A stretch of DNA of 64,000 nt. Source: Euprymna scolopes (lineage: Eukaryota). Below, piece after piece: positions 38,237-52,477 of this stretch. The position numbers and the translations under genes are program-made. Every line of letters starts with the position of its first letter. The stretch's first letter is position 1. Below the pieces are notes generated by a model. That model saw nothing but the letters and a program-made list of their open reading frames with translations, was not told the DNA's origin and ran no database searches. The stretch lies in the NCBI GenBank assembly GCA_053919585.1, contig CM132786.1. One strand, 5' to 3'.

Positions 38237-39779
38237 GCACACATGCATTTCTATAAACAAACACAGACCAAGCAAACCACGCCGAAATCCGACTGTGAAA
38301 TGAACCTACTTCGTCTCGACAATATATATATATTGATATATATAAAACTTAGGTTCTATCAGCTAAGAATTGCCTCCCCGTAAGAAAACGGGACGTTAAT
38401 GTTATCAGCCAGGAGCGAAATCGAAAAAAAGTTTTGTAAGAAAAAAAAAATAGAAAATAATGCAGAAAGCCAGGGGCGCGGACTGGAATAACTTTAATGA
38501 ATAATCAAATGAAATGAGAGGACATATTCTCACGACGCAAATTTAGCATTTTAAAACGACGGTTCGCGCACGTGCTGTTTGCAAGCAGCCTCGAAAGCAA
38601 ATGTTTTCATCTGAACTCCCTTAAAAAAGACGGCATTACTACACGAAATTAAGACGATTCTTTTTCCAATTTTTCGATATTACGTGTCCGCGAGATAGCT
38701 TTTTCTAAAGATTCCGCGTGGTGCTTGCATGATGTGGATGGTAAAGGCTTTTAGAGGATATGCGAACTCCTACATACAGACATTTGTGCATTATATTAAA
38801 GATAACAGGAAGGTGCCCGGCGTTTTCCGTTTTTGACAGCGCCGTGTAGAGGGAATAATTTGTAACATCGGGATGAGTAGGCGGCGTGGCTTGGTCGTTA
38901 AAAATGTTACAGCTGGGGCGGGGGACGTTGCCCTGTCGTAAAATCCGTTAAAATACGATAAAATTGTGTGGGGACAAAAAGCTGATAACGGGAGCGAGGA
39001 AATGAAGGCCTTGCCTTGTCATAAAGAAAAAAACATGACTTAGGTGGTAGCAACCAGAAGCAGAAAATGAATGCAAAAAAAAAGAAAAGAAAAAAAGTAG
39101 CGATGCCCGCCGCTCACGTGAATAACTCAACTTAGTAAGTGATCGCTTTATCGACGTACATGAGGACATAGTCGTCATAAGGCATCAATTTTATAATTTA
39201 AAAACGGGGAAAAACATGATTCTCGGTTAGCACACTGCGCTGAAAACCAGGATTTAATCTGACTCCCTTCAAACAAAACGAGGTTTCTACACGAAATACC
39301 GTCCTATTCTTCCCATTTGTTTGATCTATTTTGACCGGCTACATTTTTGCATGTAAAATTCGGACGAGAAAAGATTTTAGCGGACATACAAACCAACACA
39401 CAAATACACAGATGTTTGAAATTTATTTAATATATACAAGGTTTTTGGTTTGCTTTAGTTTATACTTGTAGACCTACGACTTTAGCCATCGGCCAACTAA
39501 AAGATAAGGTTAAAAATTGTGACTGTTTAGACATATATCGCCTCATAGAGGGTAGTGGAAACTGTGTAATCAATTGACAAAAAATTAATTATGGGGTCAT
39601 AATTTTCCTAAAAGACAGCTTTAGAAGAATTTTCTTAAAATATTACCATGCTGCAGTCAGTTGTAAACAAAACTACGTACCTGTGCTCTTTTCGACATAA
39701 AAAAATAAAGATAAGAAAAGAAAAAAAAAACAAGAAAGTGTCACGCCAGCGTTAAAGATTTTGCTGGTTTATAGAAGTA

Positions 39780-40900
39780 ACATTCAAAACAATTGCAATT
39801 TATTTTATGCATATTGTTATTTCCTAAACATAGCACCAGGATTAATGTACAATTGTCATGTTTAAAATTATTACAGAACCAATCCTATTTTTCTGTAATA
39901 TCCTCACCCACCTTGACCCTTAACAATGTACTTTTGACAACAGAAAGAAGACCACCTTCCATCATGATAATGCACGTCTTCATAAAACATTACTCACAAA
40001 ATATGTCAGGATAATTTTGTTTAAAAATCTTGCCCCGTCCTGTATATACCACTTATCCAGTACCCACATTTTTTTCAGTAATTGAGAGTATTACAAAACC
40101 ATTTAGATGCTCACTATAAGAGGAGGTTTGTGATACTATAAAGTGGCCCTGGGGTGGATTTGAGCTACTATGTGCTTAGAGGGGGGAGGGATAAACAAAG
40201 AAATCGGAAATATCCTACAATAGACAAAGAGATAGGAAATAGCTTAGAAAATCAAAGAAAGAGGAAATGTCCTACAATCAACCATGACAATAGAAACCTA
40301 CTGATAAAACAGGGAAGGGCAGCTTCCGCTAACCAGGATGGGGTGGGCGACGAGTGATACCAACATAGAGGGGACAGTTAGTTGAGATCGAGATGCGCTC
40401 GAGAGCGGATGGAAGTTGAACGGTCAGTTGACAACTAGATGCGCTAGACGTCGTATGAGAGTTGATAACGACTACAGTTTGACATTTAGAGTTGATTGTA
40501 AAACAGAGATAGACAACTGTAACATCGATAGAACAGGGGAAAACACACGCACTCACAAGTCCAACAGTCAATTTATATGTGAACATTGGCTTTTGTGTTT
40601 TTCCTTTGTTTGTTCATATTTCTATTTTGTTAACCGCCTGTGTTCTCATCGACAGTCGCCAACGGGAAAAGGAAAAGAAGAACAGTCGAACGAAAAATCC
40701 ACGGTACACGACGTTGGGAGTCGGCGATTGTCAAGGAGCCACACACACGTCGGGTTACAGGTTGAACACGAGTTAGATTCATATTCCACATTGAAAGATA
40801 ACGAATTTATAAGCGAGCCAGCTATTAGTTACTTGACAAATAGGATCAAGTAATAGAAAAGCATGGCAAATATGTTTAATTTCAAGATAAATATTTCAAT
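39780..40900 (+). mobile_element. mariner remnant interrupted by a solo LTR
   Basis: HDNARLH at ~39962 and a degenerate PxYxP region. Transposase-like C-terminal sequence resumes after 40763. Confidence 0.6.
40129..40759. mobile_element. Solo LTR with 4-bp target site duplication
   Basis: TGTGA...TTACA termini. GGTT at 40125-40128 and 40760-40763. Confidence 0.8.
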
Positions 40901-43739
40901 CGGCAAAAACGTTTGCACCAATCTGATATATTGTATGGTATATGTTGTGTCTGTATCAATAACAACACGAAGGCAGAAAGTAATGGTAAAACAAATATAT
41001 TAAGACGAAAATATAATACATATTTTCAAAGGTGCAGTTGTACTGCAGTTGGAAGATTGTCCGTCAGAGGGCGTGTTAAAGTCTTTCATGGAGCAACCGG
41101 CACATGCGTCTTGCCTATCCGGCGTTCGAACACAGCTCTCCGATCTTGTTGATTTGTTACCTTTATCTATATCTTGTTCACCCAGGATGTGCTAATTAGT
41201 GTGCGTCCCCACAACAGTATATTTTGTTACAAAGGCCGGAGACCGCTTGAAATATGAAAAATAAATTATTAAATACAAAAAAATAGCATCTTTTCTATGC
41301 TTCAACAAACACTCGTAACCTTGAAATCACTATTCTAGATTCATACATGTACTTTTGACATTACATAGCAGTATGAATATATTAGCTATTTTGTTAGATA
41401 TTCGCTTTTCAATATTCGGTCGGATTCGTAAACTTAACCTTACAAAACTGATAAGATTACCCATTTTATTGCGACTTACGATAGGTTAGTGAAAGTATTA
41501 AAAAGGGCAGTTCATCTCGTATTAAGAAACTTACAACACGGGGATTAGGCAAGTTTGTTGGATTTATCGCGGTCTATCTCAATACGTTCATTTTGAAAAA
41601 GGCTAAGGTATAAATAACGAGCAATTCGCGCTTGCTACGTTCTTCATTCATGCACGTAAATTTGATTTTTTAATCGTCTCTCTACTAATATAGGCAATTT
41701 AAAAGTCAGTGAAATAAAACGACGCTTCATTGATTTAGATAATAGTAAATAATACCGCTGGATTAACACTAGATACAAATAAACACTTGTAGTAGAAATT
41801 TTATGAACAAATCAAAGTAATCGGGCGGCAATTTCTACATCAGTGTTGTTTATTCAATAGCAGTATTAGTATACTTAGTACATCATCTCTAGGATTAAAT
41901 TAAGTAAAAGAATCATTGAAATTATGCCATCGTTATTCAGAGATTATTTACGCGTTTATCAGTACTTTTCAAGAACTGGGACTCGTTCGGTGTGGATTTA
42001 TTATGCTTGCGTTGGAAGTACAAAAACGTATGATACTCAACTTTGGTTTTAGAACTGTCATTTACATGAAGAATTCCCAATGCCTTAACCAATACGTTAT
42101 TCAATAAAGGTTAATAGATGCGTACCCCCCCACCGAAAAAGGGGTGCTAATGAACTTACTGATCCGCTCTATTTTCTTTAAATCGTATTTCAAAGTTTAA
42201 TTAAAGTTTTATGATATGCTTTTTTTATTTAATTGTAAGGTTAAAGCACTGAATAGGTACAAAACAGCCTCACCTCCCTATGTTAAGAATGGCTTTTTTA
42301 AATAATAGCGTCATTATTTCAGCACGGATCAACAAGTGCACTAGTACAAAAAAAAGAATTATTTACTTACAAGGAGTTTTAGATGGTCTATTACTCGCGT
42401 CCTTGAAGCAAAATATGAATAGTTCGAAAGCAAAACGCAATAAAAGCCCACTTTAGAGTTTTTGGGTTTTAATTAAGAACTTCAAGATAAATAGATTTAG
42501 GACATATATAGATTTGATGTATGAGACATGAGCCACTAAAGCATTAGAACATTCTGACTGCACATATTAAACGTACATACAAGCTTATAAATGATCGGAG
42601 CTCAAATAAAATGTTCAACCATACTCTTTCCGTTATTTCCCTTCTAAGGAACAACCCTAATGTAAAATATCTACTCTCATTTCAACATAAAAAGGCATAT
42701 TGCGACTTGGACAAACATGGTTATTATTTGTGACCAAATCAACAGAGACTCTATGTGGTGAGTTGAGCAGTGAGATGTTATCTTCATGTCACACTTGAAC
42801 CTCTGCATGTTAATAAGTTAAAGGGAGTAAGGACTCTGCAGGGAATAATAACTTTAAGCATGTCAAGCAACGAGACTGTTAAAGTAAGAAGCTATCCGGC
42901 ATTTAGGGATATCCAGAGTATAGGGTACAATTTTGCTGCTTATTGTGCTAGGCTGGGGAATTTTACGTAAAGGTGGTACAAGCACTTCTATTTCCTCAAA
43001 GGACATTTCATTAAAAGAGTTGTAAAACAGACACAGCCATGCAAAGTTTTCAGCGAACGAACACGGCTTTGATTTGGATTGAGTTTGAGAGACTAATTAG
43101 GTTGGGGACTGTTATTTGAACCCTGTCGAAGTCCGAGCACAAGACAATATGTCACAACAATTATACATGCACCGGTGAAAGGTATCATTGTAGGGTCAGG
43201 CGTGGGCAATTTAATTATAATTTGCCAATGAAGTAGGTAGTATTTTTTGTAAAAGATGACTTCGTCCAAATGAAAAACATTATTTTTCAGTACTAATTCA
43301 GAGTGTTACTGTTTAAAAAGCTGAATTTTGGTCCATTACATAGTGACAATGTCCGTTATTTCCCAGGTACTGTGATTATGCCGGCTGTAACTTGCTCATG
43401 AACACATCCAAATAACATCATCTTTTTAATTTCGGATACATGGATAATAAAGTCTCCCTCGCCAATTTTAGTCTGTTTCGATTGGCTAATCTCTGAAAAT
43501 TCTTATATTCCACAATTCAGTTCTTCGCTTTATAAACGAACGCCTTATAACTTTAAACATGTCGTCACTAAGAGACAATTGTTCGCATAGAGTCAGGTTC
43601 ATTTACTGCATAGGTTAGTACGGACATGCATGATTAAAAGACAATATTTTTAACGATAAATAACTTATATACTCGCTTTCTCTTACAAAGTTTAAAATAG
43701 ACAATCCACTATAACATAATCCTTCGTCGTACGACGATA

Positions 43740-44200
43740 CTTTAGGATTATCCTTTCGTCGTGGTCGGCGTCTACGACAACGATAGTGTCTTCGGCAAAA
43801 CAACAAGGAAACTAAGTGGTTTACAAGTAAACACACAGCGAGGTCATTGGTGATGTAAAAATGATGTATTTCATATGTATTTATATAGTGTAGAGTTGAG
43901 CTCCCAAATATTTGCGACATTTTAAGATTTTTCCTATGAACTTAAAAAAACGCCGACGACGATGACGACGATGCCTCATCAAAACATACACAAAACTTAG
44001 TCATTTTACCATTAAACACACTGTGTGTACATTGGCGATGTAAAGAATTGACGCATTTCATATGTATTTATATATTAAAGAAATTAGCTCCCAAATATTT
44101 GCGACTTTATCATTAGGACTTTTCCTAAACACATGAAAAAAAATATTGACGACGTCTTCGTCATTACTTAATCAAAGAGCTTAGCCCCAAAATATTTGCG
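43740..44200 (+). repeat. ~190-bp degenerate tandem repeat (about 2.5 units)
   Basis: AGCTCCCAAATATTTGCGAC at ~43899 and ~44087, variant at ~44183. CATTGG.GATGTAAA..ATTTCATATGTATTTATATA occurs twice. Confidence 0.7.
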
Positions 44201-45450
44201 TTTTTAAATCAGTATGCCTATTAAACGAAAGTTTATTGAACGTAATAAAACGAACTTATTTTTTGCCAACAATTTATTTACGTTACCATATTTATTTATA
44301 ATAAAATTCCGTATTTTATTTATCGGGACAAATAAATAGAAAATATACTCGTGTATTNNNNNNNNNNNNNNNNNNNNNNNNNNNNNNNNNNNNNNNNNNN
44401 NNNNNNNNNNNNNNNNNNNNNNNNNNNNNNNNNNNNNNNNNNNNNNNNNNNNNNNNNNNNNNNNNNNNNNNNNNNNNNNNNNNNNNNNNNNNNNNNNNNN
44501 NNNNNNNNNNNNNNNNNNNNNNNNNNNNNNNNNNNNNNNNNNNNNNNNNNNNNNNNNNNNNNCCACGGTACATTAATTATGGCCACGGGTCCTAGTGTCT
44601 GAGATTATACTGTGCCTGCAGTGGCTATCACTTACAAACGCAGTTATTTATTATTTATATAGAGTGAGGAGCATACTTACACGGTGCAATGCCGGTACAC
44701 GAGTCCATCTAGTTTTAAATGTATTCTGTCTAAGGCATCTAGGTATTTAAACATCCATACTGTTATATGTAATTTATTTGGTAAAATATAATCAACATAG
44801 ACAATAATGTTTAAGAAACCTTTTCCTTAAAATGGAATTATAAAAATGAAATCGTTGATTCCTCTCCATATTAGCATTACATGTGAATGATATATATTGA
44901 ATGATTCTTGCTTACGTCTTTGTAACTCTAGCAATATTAAAGCATTAAACTTCAGGCTATGTATGCAAACAGCGTAGGCTTTATTTCGTGCAGATGGTGT
45001 TCAATTGAAGGATGAGGTTCCTTTTGTTCCTCTAATGCAGATATTTCTCGCTTGCCTTCGGCTTGCTGAAATGAGTGACAGCCAGCGGGAACGCGTGATT
45101 GTGCTTTTCTGTCTCCGCTGAATGCAATAGTTAAAATTGACAACATGACAACTCGGACAGAAAATCGATATTATAAAATGTATAATCGTTTTTTAGCGTT
45201 GGAAAACTCGGAATAAAACGTACTTTTTTTTTAATATGTTGAAAATAATGATCAAAATTGTTGTACTGTTGCTATGCTTAAGCTGATACATATGGNNNNN
45301 NNNNNNNNNNNNNNNNNNNNNNNNNNNNNNNNNNNNNNNNNNNNNNNNNNNNNNNNNNNNNNNNNNNNNNNNNNNNNNNNNNNNNNNNNNNNNNNNNNNN
45401 NNNNNNNNNNNNNNNNNNNNNNNNNNNNNNNNNNNNNNNNNNNNNNNTTA

Positions 45451-45675
45451 TCTGCTTATTTACATGTGTTTCTGCTACTGAATCGTATCAACGATCCATC
45501 AAGTTCTTCAGATTTTAACAGAAGTGGTTATTTAGAATGACAATATTAGGAGAAGACGAAGGAAAATATATATATCTAATATCGTCTTTCGAAATTCAAA
45601 TCACCACTTCTGTTAAAATCTGAAAAAGTTGCTGGATCACTGATTCGGTAACAGAAACATGTGCAACTAAGCAGA
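45451..45675. repeat. Palindrome (head-to-head repeat) with hammerhead-like cores
   Basis: TTCAGATTTTAACAGAAGTGGT / ACCACTTCTGTTAAAATCTGAA. Core CTGAA(G/A)A, 11-bp stem GTTGCTGGATC/GATTCGGTAAC, then GAAACATGT. Confidence 0.7.
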
Positions 45676-45886
45676 AATTACGATAATACAATAAAATATA
45701 TATATGTGCTCTGCGGTGTAATACATCCGGGTTTGTANNNNNNNNNNNNNNNNNNNNNNNNNNNNNNNNNNNNNNNNNNNNNNNNNNNNNNNNNNNNNNN
45801 NNNNNNNNNNNNNNNNNNNNNNNNNNNNNNNNNNNNNNNNNNNNNNNNNNNNNNNNNNNNNNNNNNNNNNNNNNNNNNNNNNNNNN

Positions 45887-46162
45887 AACAGTTACATATG
45901 GTCGCTACAAATAACCATCTGTTTCAGTCAAAGAGACTACATGAGGCGATCTGAAACCTCTAGGCGCCATAAAGAAAAATGAAAAATGCGATAGATTAAA
46001 GAAAAATTAAAAAAGAAAAAAAAAGATGTTTTTCTTTTTTCATTTCTCTCTAATCTATCTCATTTTTCATTTTTATTTTTGGCATCGAGAGGTTCCAGGT
46101 AGCCTGATGAAGTCTCTCTGACTGAAACAGATGGCTATTTGTAGCAACCATATGTAACTGTT
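45887..46162. repeat. Palindrome (head-to-head repeat) with hammerhead-like cores
   Basis: AACAGTTACATATGGT / ACCATATGTAACTGTT arms of ~135 bp. Right arm TAGC-CTGATGA-AGTC TCTCT GACT-GAAAC-AGATG-GCTA. Confidence 0.75.
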
Positions 46163-46182
46163 TACCCCCAAATAATATATAA

Positions 46183-46221
<39 letters not shown>

Positions 46222-46303
46222 TGCATATGTTACTCTTTCTATTGAGCACTATTTAACGACCTCGTTGTCTTCATTAGTTCTGGCTTTTGAACTCCCCGAA
46301 CCC

Positions 46304-46380
<77 letters not shown>

Positions 46381-46384
<4 letters not shown>

Positions 46385-46505
46385 ATAAATTCCGCGGGCA
46401 ACTGCTGCGCCCGAATGAGGGAGAAACTTGAGTCTTGCACTTCTGGTTCGTATATTGTCATAGCTCTTGTGGGTTGCGACGTTGTTTTGCTGTGGAATTT
46501 ATTAT
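46381..46505 (+). mobile_element. 5'-truncated copy of tRNA-hammerhead SINE family A
   Basis: GCAA-CTGCTGC-GCCC GAATGA GGGA-GAAACTTGAGTC-TTGC and tail GCGACGTTGTTT.GCTGTGGAATTTATTA match 38061-38169. Core is mutated. Confidence 0.8.
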
Positions 46506-46519
46506 ATATAATCTCTCAC

Positions 46520-46559
<40 letters not shown>

Positions 46560-46857
46560 AGTGTGTGAATATATATTCATATATCTTTTAGTTTGTGGGT
46601 GTATCTGTCAATTCGACATTTTGCTGGAAGATACTGGGCTGATCTCATTGAGTTTTATGTAGATTTACTATAAGCGCTGCTACCTAAAGCTTATTGCGTC
46701 CGTTTATTTCATAAGGAAATATAATGATTAATATGTATTAGTATTTATTGATAAATGAGCATAACATGATTTTTCTGTCAGTTTAGCATAAAATACTCAT
46801 TCTAATTCAACAGGCAACAACTTTTTGCCGTTTGTTACGGTTTAAATGTCTAGTATG

Positions 46858-46920
<63 letters not shown>

Positions 46921-47639
46921 CCGATATTAATCCATAATGTAGTATGTGAAAGTGCCTACTGTTTATGTGAAATATCTTATTTCTTTTCTATAATTTTATG
47001 TGCATTTAAGAATTATACATTTACTGCAATGTGTATTAGTATTAATCGTACTACTGTGTAACTTGTCGAAATCGGGAATGTTTCTGTCAAACTCGGGAAT
47101 TTGGACGGAATTTCGAGCGGAAACTTTTATTTACTTCACGGTGGTAGCCTGCCCTAGCTTAACAATTACACGCTCAGCTGGCCCTACAGCGGGTATCTTT
47201 GTCTTTCGAGTCTGAACGCAGGCATCGATAATACAAGAAAGCTATCGTAAAATAAATTCCACTGGAATCTCTTCGGTAGTTTCCTGGATCTGTTTAGCGA
47301 TCCCAGTATTTTACGAAATTCAATGTATTTTGCACGGAAGTTTATTTCATTTTATGTCCGTCATATGATTTTGTTTCTAGTCCTTTTTTTCAAAACAATT
47401 CACCTGGCCCTAAAGTTTTTGCAAAGAAAAAAAAATGTCTGCGGNNNNNNNNNNNNNNNNNNNNNNNNNNNNNNNNNNNNNNNNNNNNNNNNNNNNNNNN
47501 NNNNNNNNNNNNNNNNNNNNNNNNNNNNNNNNNNNNNNNNNNNNNNNNNNNNNNNNNNNNNNNNNNNNNNNNNNNNNNNNNNNNNNNNNNNNNNNNNNNN
47601 NNNNNNNNNNNNNNNNNNNNNNCTCAGCCGATAAACACA

Positions 47640-50600
47640 ACATCCTATCAAACAATAAGCGTATTTTTTTATGTGAACAATAACATTGCCGGCGGTAAAA
47701 CTGGGGCCGTATTAGGGTTTGGCGTGATGCTGTAAACTTCCAAAAGATTCTGAATACTAGTTTCATTTCTCTACCCACTTTTCAGAGCTTGTTCTGATGT
47801 GTCCACCAATTTTTCTGTCATTCGTTTTTATCTTGTATAATAAACTGCCGTTGACACTTGCTAAATAGACAATGATTTTCAGTATTCCCATGAATCCGGT
47901 TTTGTTGTCGCTGACTAAACATTTCGAGACTCCAAAATGACTTAAAATCTCGACGAATATTTGTTACCGTCGGATGTCTACACTTAACAGCTACTAGTAA
48001 CTGACTCAATAGGTCATGACTAGGAAATAATTAATCAGGTCAATAAGATATCTGCTTTTGGTCACCGTTGAATTCAAGATGTGAATTCCCTGCTGCCAGT
48101 TGGCATCATCTGCATTGTTTGATAACATTTTTCTATATGCTGGTATATCCTAAGTCAATGCATGTAAATTTTTTTAACCATTTTATTTGTGAAATATCTA
48201 GATTGTCCGTGTGAAATTGTTTGAGTATTCTCCCGTGCAGTAGAACCGATATTATTAGTCTGCGTATAGTAATACCTGTTTAGATATTGATATTGATGAC
48301 ATATTATTTCCCAATTTTAATTTTTCTAGTTTAACACAGTTTTCATATTTACTGATCACATCATCCTTCTCTAGTGTTTTTTTCAAATCTTGTATCATAA
48401 TCTTATACTCTCTAATAGCATTGCGTAGCAGACCCAACGATTCACTTTTGCCTCCGTGCGCAGATATTACGCTTTCGTTGAGTGGTTTACTATATTTAGT
48501 TGTTCATCTTGATTATCTATCAACGTGAGATAATTTCTTTAAAAATACGTATTATATTTAAAAATGATATTACAATAGATATGCACTCCTGTAGTCGATT
48601 AGTTGTGTGAAGTATTTTATTGAACAAATTTTTGTTATCAACGGAATGTTGTCTGTATAATAAATACTCTTCTGTATAACTTGCTGACTTTTTACAACAG
48701 AAATTATTTTTAGACTGTCCTTTCGGGTTCACTGCGATTTAATTCCGCTAGCAGTATCAATTCCGAGGTATGTGCTATTGGCTTTGTAGATCGATTCTCG
48801 AATTTGTGAAGAAGTACAGTTCCCAGTACCTTATTATAATCATTTGCGTCACAATAGTTTTCTTCTTCGGGTCAAAACATACTAAAGAATATGGTGCTCA
48901 CAACTATAAGCCTTTTTAATTTTTAAAAACTTTGTTCGCAACTTACTGACCATATTGGTTTTAACCGCTTATTTAACGGAGCTTCAAATCCTTTACTTTG
49001 AAAATATACATGCTATTGTAAATTACTAACCAGGGAAACCAGTAGTCTAACAACGTTATCATGTGAGCACATGTTGTTAATTTGCTGAGTTTAATCTTCC
49101 TCTTTTACTACCAATAATATGTCCTAAATATGTTATGCTTTTAACAAGAATTTGCATTTTGCAAAAATCAAATGTAATTTGTATATTCTTATTCTTAGAA
49201 AAAATGATATAATATGCGCCTTGTGTTGCGTTTCGGTTTTGCTTTTGATCGAAAATATCAGCCAAATCTAAAATTGCATCTTCCATATCAGCTAAGATTG
49301 TGCCTAATATTTGAAGCTATATTCGATCAAAATACAATTGAGTTTTAAATGTATCTTTATTGTCACTTACTAAAATAATTTTCCCCATCTGTTTACCGAG
49401 GTTAAGCTTCAGATAAATCCAAATTTGAAAAATACATTAAATACAGGAAATATCTCTTCTGGATATGAAAGAATGTGCATTATCTTTTAAACAGTTATTT
49501 TACCTCGTCGAATAATCTGCGCAAACCCTGATTTATCGGCTTTTCTTTTTATATATACAATTGCGGTCGTCCAATTAGAGTAATTGACTTTTGGAATTAC
49601 GCCATATTTTCTAATTTTTCTCGTGCCTTATATATTTTATCAAGTGCTAAAAGTGTTACTTTTCATTTAGGTTCACCAATCAAGCAAATATGTTCTTTTT
49701 ATTTGAATTCAAATCTTGTTTTCGTGTACATAGGCGGCATTTCGGAAGAAAAACAGAATGGAATTCCTTTTTCACATCGGTGATATAGCTTTTCGTTATC
49801 TTTGAATTCTTTCTACGATTTCAGACCGAAAAAAATTAAAGTGCGTACACTTTTTTTTATTATTTATGACAGTATTTCGATTAACGATCTCTTGCATTTT
49901 AACAAGCATTGCCGCTTGAATTTTGTGGCTGATACGCTCTTGTCATCTCTGTGTACGTTAATTGTGAAAAACATTTTTCAAAGTTTTTTTTTTCTTTTGT
50001 TAACCAGACATCATTTCCTGAATCGAGTAACATTTTGGACGTCTGACAATTACTTACTCTATTAAAGTTCTTTATTCTTTGATCTTCAATGTGTTCGTTT
50101 ATAAACAAAACTATGTTCACTTTCGAGTGCAACATTGCTTGCGCTTGTCATTGTGTCGACCTACACGCTCACAATTAAAGCATATTTTCTCCTAGAAGTA
50201 GCAATCCTTTGTAGATGAATACGAAATTCGCATTGCATATGACATTTTTCCTTACTCTTATTTGACTTTTGTCTTACAGTATATTCCTATGATATAAGAT
50301 TATTACATGTTTTGATTTGTATTAAACACTGGCATTCAATCCGTTTCTTTCTGCAGCAAAATATTTGAGCCCTGTTCCATGATACAACGAATTCCTGAGC
50401 TAATAACTTTGTACTTTCCTGTCGTACAAACCGTAGGCAAAATTAGACATTTGACGTGTTGCTTAATAGGTCTGTTTATGTCGATGCCCCAAGCTGTATA
50501 TAAACCATTCATGCATCGTCGAAAAAATTCATTGTCTACTTGTTGTACAATATTGAAAAAAAAATACTTCGCTTATAAAACAGATCATCTGCTGTTTCGA

Positions 50601-50900
50601 AAATTTCCGACAAAATTTTTATTGTTTCATTAAATGTCATATCCTCCAGATATATTGAAAGGATGGAATTCGCTTACTTAGTTATTTTCTGTTCCTAATT
50701 TTTGTAACAATAGCGTGATTATCTATTCTTCAATCCATTTTTCGCATTTTTTGTACATACTGTTTGAAAGCTACGAAAATAATCTAGAAACGTAGAGCCA
50801 ATATCTTCCTTGTATTTAACCGCAGTATTCTACATTTCTTAAGCGGACAAACCGTTGAACTGGTAATTTTGTTGTCTTAGATAATACTAGCATGGGTTCC
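47640..50900 (-). mobile_element. Highly degenerate Ty3/gypsy retrotransposon
   Basis: RT motif SITYLGHII (ORF 49077-49286) and integrase-like (N)TAPV/GPQF region at ~47700. Many stops. Confidence 0.65.
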
Positions 50901-51157
50901 CGGCGTTGTAAGTTTAAGCAAAAAAGAAAAAAAGTGCAGTAGACAGACAGACTCGAACCCGTACTGCGAAGGGAGAAAAGAACTTGAAATAACGTGGCGT
51001 CTTTGCTGTTGCGTTCGTCGCCAAACCTGAGATGACAAAGGTTTAAATTAAGGCTAGTCAGTCGAAAAGTGTGCAGGACTTTCGATAATATCGGCGAAAA
51101 AAGCGACCCCATCCTGTATAAAAGCGCCCAGCTGAGGGTGAAGAAATAAATAAATAA

Positions 51158-51224
<67 letters not shown>

Positions 51225-51226
<2 letters not shown>

Positions 51227-52100
51227 TTACGTATTTCTTTTTCCCATATGTTTGGAGTAACTTTTCAAACGTCTATTATTGGGTTGTCCGCTGCTGTTTG
51301 GTTATCATTGTTTTTTTTTTCTTGTAATTGATGTTAGAATTGTTCGAATTGATATTGTACATATGCTAGAAACACTTTACTTAATACCGAAATCTGTTCT
51401 ATATATTACATATCTACCACAACTAATTATTAATCCAAGTTGTGTAGAAATTTTTTAGTGACTTTTATAATAATAAATAAAAAACAATATTAACGTGCAA
51501 GTTCTTTGCTTTTCGTACGAATAGACTATGAAATCTTTTAAATATATTTTTTATATGTACATTTCCAGTTAAGTAAAAAAAAAAACTGAAGAAACAGTTT
51601 ACCCACTTTGTGTTAGAACCAAAAAAGAGCCGGAGACATTGAACCATATCCTTCAGCGGACAAATCGTCGAACTGGTAAATTTGTTATCTTAGATAATAT
51701 AACTTACTTATTTCCTTTTTCCATATAGTTGTAGAGTAACGTTTTAAACGTCTGTTGTTATTTTGTTTTTATTGTTCAAATCTTCGCTGTTTAGTTCTTC
51801 TAATTGTTGTTTGAATTGTTCGAATTCATGTTGTAAATATACTAGACGCACTTTAATTAATATCGAAAGCTGTTCTATATTTTTCATATCCACCACAACA
51901 AATTATCACTCCAATTTTCGTAGAGAATTTATTAAAGTGCCTTTTATGAGTAAAAACAATATTAAAGTGTAAGTTCTTTACTTTCTACAATATTTGTATA
52001 AGAAATCTTAGATATATTTTTAAATACATACGCTTCTGATTATATTAAGGAAACAAGGAAAAACTTGAAAAAAGCAATTTACTTACTTTCTCTAAGAACT
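51225..52100. repeat. ~480-bp diverged tandem duplication sharing a segment with the gypsy leader
   Basis: 51230-51610 is similar to 51705-52100. AGCGGACAAA.CGT.GAACTGGTAA.TTTGTT.TCTTAGATAATA occurs at both 50842 and 51655. Confidence 0.7.
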
Positions 52101-52414
52101 GATGAGCCTTCTAACGCTTAGTCCATCTTTCTACATTTTTCTAGACTCATAAGTATAATTAAAATTTAAATGCGCTAATGATATTATCTCTCTTAAGGGA
52201 TATGTATCGTTTGAAATAGGTAATCAGTATTATTTCAGTTTAATGAAGCTGGCAATTCACTATGATGAACGGGTGTTGTAGTCGACTCTTGTGATCCTAT
52301 TTTGAGGCTTGCGAATTTTCTTGCGTCTCTATGAGGTAGTTCAACTAGTCGGCATTACACACACAGAGACACACACAGAGACACACGCACGCACACACCC
52401 ACACACACACACAG

Positions 52415-52477
<63 letters not shown>

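Noticed and set aside
38350-39400. CpG-richer block, possibly a non-autonomous DNA transposon or promoter
   Set aside because: No TIRs, TSD or coding motifs that I could verify.
40416-40853. 145-aa ORF
   Set aside because: Lies in the solo LTR, crosses its boundary and has no recognisable domain.
46217-46561. YIYI- and HTHT-rich ORFs here and elsewhere
   Set aside because: Translations of (TA)n and (CA)n microsatellites.
44204-47778. ORFs containing X runs
   Set aside because: They span assembly gaps.
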